This document shows, in pieces, positions 60,311 through 64,000 of a stretch of 64,000 bases of DNA. The translations under genes were made by a program, and so were the position numbers. Where the stretch lies: contig JAUVLP010000001.1 of the NCBI GenBank assembly GCA_030600655.1, positions 2,022 to 66,021 on the forward strand. The letters are read 5' to 3'. The stretch's first letter is position 1; each line of letters opens with the position of its first letter. The notes under the pieces were generated by a model. It was not told the origin of the DNA, made no database searches, and saw nothing but the letters and a program-made list of their open reading frames with translations. This stretch comes from Candidatus Eiseniibacteriota bacterium (GTDB lineage: Bacteria; Joyebacterota; Joyebacteria; Joyebacterales; Joyebacteraceae).

Positions 60311-63241
60311 ATGCCCAAATCCAGTCAAACCAGAAAGAAGTCCGCGTCCGGGCGCAGCAGCGGTGTGCGCCGAGGACCTGAGTCACTTGTCATCCGGGGC
60401 GCGCGCGAGCACAATCTCAAGGGATTCGACCTCGATATTCCCCGAGGATCACTGGTCGTGATCACGGGACTCTCTGGCTCAGGCAAATCGTCACTGGCTT
60501 TTGACACCATCTACGCGGAGGGGCAGAGGCGATACGTGGAGTCGCTCTCGGCCTACGCAAGGCAGTTTCTCTCCCGGATGCAGAAGCCCCGAGTCGACCT
60601 GATAGAGGGGCTTTCGCCTGCGATTTCCATCGAGCAGAGAACGGCTTCTCGAAACCCGCGTTCTACTGTAGGGACCGCGACCGAGATATACGACTACATG
60701 AGGCTTCTTTTCGCCCGGGTAGGTACTCCGCACTGCCACCTCTGCGGACGCGAGATCTCTCAGCTTACAGTGGACCAGATGGCCGACACCGTGTTGTGCA
60801 ATGCGGACGGCACGCGGGTCGAGATAGTCTCACCCGTGGTACGTGGCAAGAAGGGAGAGCACCGCGATGTTCTGCGGCGGATAGAGCGTGGGGGGTTCCT
60901 TCGCGTGCGAATCGATGGCGAACCCACGGAAATCGGCGAAGTTGGCCGGCTCAACAGGAGGCGGAAGCACTCGATAGATGTCATAGTCGACCGGCTGGTG
61001 CTCAAAGACAGCGTCCGCCAGCGTCTCGTCGACTCACTTGAGACCGCGCTGGAACTGACCGGCGGACTCGTGCAGATCAAAGTGGGGAAGAAGGAACTGC
61101 TTCTCAGCGAGAACGCCTCGTGTCCGCACTGTGGTGTCGGGCCCGGTGAGATCACCCCCAGGATGTTCTCGTTCAACAGCCCCTACGGTGCTTGCCAGAC
61201 GTGCGGTGGGCTGGGAACGAAAATGCGCGTAGATCCCGATCTTGTCGTGCCCGACAGATCCAAGTCCCTCAGGGAAGGCGCGATCACAACGTGGCCGGAT
61301 CTGGCGACCGGATGGACGCGCCACAAGCTTGATGCGCTGTCGGAGTTCTATGGGTTCGACCTTATGACACCGTTCGGGGAGCTCGAACCGCGCATCCAGG
61401 ACGTGATCCTCAACGGGGCTGGTGACGAGAAGATCGAGTACAAGATCCAGTTTGAAAAAGGACGCTGGGAGTACGTCGGCGGGTTTGAGGGGGCGCTGCA
61501 AAACCTGGAGCGTCGCTATCTGGAGACCAAATCGGAGAACGTCCGGCGTTGGATAGAAGGTTTCATGGCCGTGGACGGTTGTGTCGATTGCCATGGCGCG
61601 CGGTTGCGTCCGGAGTCGCTCGCGGTCACCGTCGGTGGTCTGTCGATTGACAGAGTCACCGCCATGTCGATCAAACAGGCTCTGGCATTCTTCCGCGGAT
61701 TATCACTCAATGCCAGGCAGAGGAAGATCGCTGAAGAGATTCTGAAGGAGATCGGCGAACGTCTGGCGTTTCTCTCCAACGTTGGGCTGGCCTATCTGAC
61801 GATCGACCGGTCATCAGGCACGCTCTCCGGAGGAGAGGCGCAGCGAATCCGGCTTGCGACCCAGATAGGAACGCGGCTTGTGGGAGTGTTGTACATACTG
61901 GACGAGCCATCGATCGGGTTGCACCAGCATGACAATGCCAAACTTCTCAAGACCTTGGTCGCGCTTCGGGACATCGGGAATACGGTCATAGTCGTTGAGC
62001 ACGACGAAGAGACCATCCGAGGTGCGGATTGGGTTGTGGATCTGGGTCCGGGCGCGGGACGCGATGGCGGATACGTCGTGGCGAGCTGCAAGCCGGATGA
62101 ACTGGCAGAGCATCCCAAATCGCTGACGGGGCAGTACCTGTCGGGGAAGAAACGTATAGAGCTTCCGAAGGAACGACGCTCCCCGGCCGGTCCAAAGTTG
62201 ACGATCGTCGGAGCGCGTGAGAACAACCTCGCAGACATCACTGTAGAAATCCCGCTCGGGACGTTGACGTGTGTGACAGGTGTTTCGGGATCAGGCAAGA
62301 GCACGCTCGTTTCCGACATCCTTCACCGGGCTCTCGCGGAGTGGTTCAACCGCGCTCGCAGGATCCCCGGGAAATTCGATCGCATTGAGGGCGTTGAGCT
62401 CATAGACAAAGTGGTCAATATCAATCAGGCGCCGATCGGGCGGACACCGAGATCCAACCCGGCGACCTACACCGGCACATTCGTGTACATCCGGCAGCTC
62501 TTCGCGCGCGTGCCTGAGGCGCGAGCCAGAGGATACAGGCCGGGGCGATTCAGCTTCAACGTCAAGGGTGGGCGGTGCGAGGCGTGCCAAGGAGGTGGTC
62601 AGGTCAAGATCGAGATGCACTTCCTTCCGGATGTGTTCGTCACCTGCGAGGTGTGCGCCGGCAGGAGATTCAATCGCGAGACGCTCGAGATCTGCTACAA
62701 GGGGAAAACGATCGCCGATGTTCTTGAGATGACCATTGACGAGGCCCTGGAGTTTTTCTCGAACATTCCCATGATAAGAAGAAAATTAGAGACTCTCCAC
62801 GAAGTCGGATTGGGATACGTGCATCTCGGACAGCCGGCGACGACACTATCGGGGGGAGAGGCTCAGCGCATCAAGCTCGCCGCGGAACTTTCGCGACGGA
62901 GCACGGGGCGTACCCTCTATATCCTCGATGAGCCCACTACGGGACTCCACTTCCACGATGTAAAAATGCTCCTGCGTGTCCTCGGGAGGCTCGTTGACAA
63001 GGGGAACACGGTTCTTGTGATCGAGCACAATCTGGATGTGGTAAAGACCGCCGACCACATCATAGATATGGGGCCGAAAGGCGGCGATGAAGGTGGTCGG
63101 ATCGTCGCGACGGGCACACCGGAGGAAATCGCGGCCTGCGCAGACTCTTACACCGGTGCCGTACTGCGGAACGTGCTGAAATCGGCGCATACCGGGAGCG
63201 GCAGACGGTCGGGGGGAGTGGGGGCGAACCGGAAAACCTGA
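60311..63241 (+). CDS. uvrA: Excinuclease ABC subunit A
   Basis: [62 protein letters not shown]. Two ABC modules ([24 protein letters not shown]) and zinc-finger Cys pairs. The first ATG (MPKSSQ) is used. Confidence 0.95.
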   Translation: MPKSSQTRKKSASGRSSGVRRGPESLVIRGAREHNLKGFDLDIPRGSLVVITGLSGSGKSSLAFDTIYAEGQRRYVESLSAYARQFLSRMQKPRVDLIEGLSPAISIEQRTASRNPRSTVGTATEIYDYMRLLFARVGTPHCHLCGREISQLTVDQMADTVLCNADGTRVEIVSPVVRGKKGEHRDVLRRIERGGFLRVRIDGEPTEIGEVGRLNRRRKHSIDVIVDRLVLKDSVRQRLVDSLETALELTGGLVQIKVGKKELLLSENASCPHCGVGPGEITPRMFSFNSPYGACQTCGGLGTKMRVDPDLVVPDRSKSLREGAITTWPDLATGWTRHKLDALSEFYGFDLMTPFGELEPRIQDVILNGAGDEKIEYKIQFEKGRWEYVGGFEGALQNLERRYLETKSENVRRWIEGFMAVDGCVDCHGARLRPESLAVTVGGLSIDRVTAMSIKQALAFFRGLSLNARQRKIAEEILKEIGERLAFLSNVGLAYLTIDRSSGTLSGGEAQRIRLATQIGTRLVGVLYILDEPSIGLHQHDNAKLLKTLVALRDIGNTVIVVEHDEETIRGADWVVDLGPGAGRDGGYVVASCKPDELAEHPKSLTGQYLSGKKRIELPKERRSPAGPKLTIVGARENNLADITVEIPLGTLTCVTGVSGSGKSTLVSDILHRALAEWFNRARRIPGKFDRIEGVELIDKVVNINQAPIGRTPRSNPATYTGTFVYIRQLFARVPEARARGYRPGRFSFNVKGGRCEACQGGGQVKIEMHFLPDVFVTCEVCAGRRFNRETLEICYKGKTIADVLEMTIDEALEFFSNIPMIRRKLETLHEVGLGYVHLGQPATTLSGGEAQRIKLAAELSRRSTGRTLYILDEPTTGLHFHDVKMLLRVLGRLVDKGNTVLVIEHNLDVVKTADHIIDMGPKGGDEGGRIVATGTPEEIAACADSYTGAVLRNVLKSAHTGSGRRSGGVGANRKT

Positions 63242-63470
63242 GTGGTCTTGCCGGAGCCGCTGCCGGACTGCGACTCCGGCGCCGGGTTTGCTCAGTCTGG
63301 TATGAGTTTGGACGCAAAACGCCTTGACTGGCGGGAGCAGGCTCTACTACCATGGAGTGTTCGATTCTGCGCTGGGCATTGGGGTGCTCTTGGGGCATCT
63401 GAATGGACAGTTGCGTGTGAGTTGCATAGTGGGCCGATACTCCGAGCGGAGGGAACAAGCGTTGAGCGGG

Positions 63471-64000
63471 ATGACTCGCGGCCTGAAGACCGCGCTCTAC
63501 GAGAAACACGTCAGGGCAGGAGCGAAAATCGTTGACTTCGTGGGATACGCGATGCCCATGGAATACACGGGTATTATTGATGAGCACAGACGTGTAAGAA
63601 GCACCATCGGTATGTTCGACGTGTCCCACATGGGCGAGTTCTATCTGTCGGGAGGAGGGGCGCTTGGTGACCTCGAGCGGATAACAACGAACAGGGTGTC
63701 CGCACTCGATGAGGGCCGCGTCCAGTACTCGGCAATGTGCTATGAGAACGGTGGGTTCATCGATGATCTCCTGGTCTACAGACTGCCTGACAGCTACATG
63801 CTCGTCGTGAATGCCGGTAACAAGCAGAAGGACCTGGAGTGGGTCGGGTCGCACATCGGTTCGCGCACAGAGTTGAGGGACGCGTCAGACGAAACGGCGC
63901 TCATTGCGCTCCAGGGTCCGCTTGCCGAAAAGGCTCTCGCGAAGGTCGCGGGCGAAAGCGCAGCGTCGCTCGGCTACTACCAGTCTGTGGCCTCCAAGGT
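63471..64000 (+). CDS. gcvT: Glycine cleavage system T protein (aminomethyltransferase), 5' portion; runs off the window
   Basis: MTRGLKTALYEKHVRAGAKIVDFVGYAMPMEYTGIIDEHRRVRSTIGMFDVSHMGEF is the canonical GcvT N-terminus. Open to the window end. Confidence 0.85.
   Translation, partial: MTRGLKTALYEKHVRAGAKIVDFVGYAMPMEYTGIIDEHRRVRSTIGMFDVSHMGEFYLSGGGALGDLERITTNRVSALDEGRVQYSAMCYENGGFIDDLLVYRLPDSYMLVVNAGNKQKDLEWVGSHIGSRTELRDASDETALIALQGPLAEKALAKVAGESAASLGYYQSVASK

Overview
This is a high-GC (~60-65%) bacterial chromosomal segment, probably from an anaerobic, fermentative, didermic (LPS-containing) uncultured lineage; I cannot place it more precisely. It is densely packed with + strand genes. Nearly all real genes are on the + strand, and most long - strand ORFs in the track look like antisense shadows of a GC-rich genome.

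Gene content in order:
- 105-5346: a giant secreted/outer-membrane protein followed by an Omp85 (TamA/BamA-like) gene.
- 5401-11602: ligA, thiC, and a DnaQ-exonuclease/DinG-helicase fusion.
- 11602-16147: a histidine-utilisation block: hutU, hutI, and separate genes for the formimidoyltransferase and cyclodeaminase halves of FtcD.
- 16174-19206: a lipoprotein, a small multi-TM membrane protein and an outer-membrane receptor-like gene.
- 19401-29894: comEA, a sensor kinase with a sigma-54 (NtrC-type) response regulator, then rsmD, coaD, pta, a GlcD-like FAD oxidase, obg, dprA and a DUF362 Fe-S protein.
- 29986-35302: envelope genes: an LpxL-like acyltransferase, a secreted β-rich protein, and the heptose kinase and adenylyltransferase as separate hldA/hldC-type genes. 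A visibly lower-GC islet interrupts this block, carrying a DUF3467 gene and an unusual 3x75-aa tandem-repeat protein behind a near-consensus sigma-70 promoter.
- 36947-48691: an energy-metabolism supercluster: sucCD, a four-subunit 2-oxoacid:ferredoxin oxidoreductase (korDABG), ndk, a NuoE-like gene, a NuoF-like gene and a 1280-aa fused subunit (2Fe-2S + GltD-like + NuoG/FdhA-like). Together these three resemble a Sporomusa-type (StnABC-like) electron-bifurcating transhydrogenase.
- 48817-55581: the conserved rpmF-plsX-fabH-fabD-fabG-acpP-fabF-rnc operon. The RNase III gene carries a long basic Pro/Arg/Ser-rich tail encoded partly by two tandem 51-bp hairpin-forming repeats.
- 55581-64000: bcd-etfB-etfA (the EtfA has an N-terminal ferredoxin domain), a membrane-anchored alkaline-phosphatase-superfamily protein on the - strand, uvrA, and the 5' part of gcvT.

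I found no tRNA or rRNA genes, no CRISPR array and no transposase or integrase.
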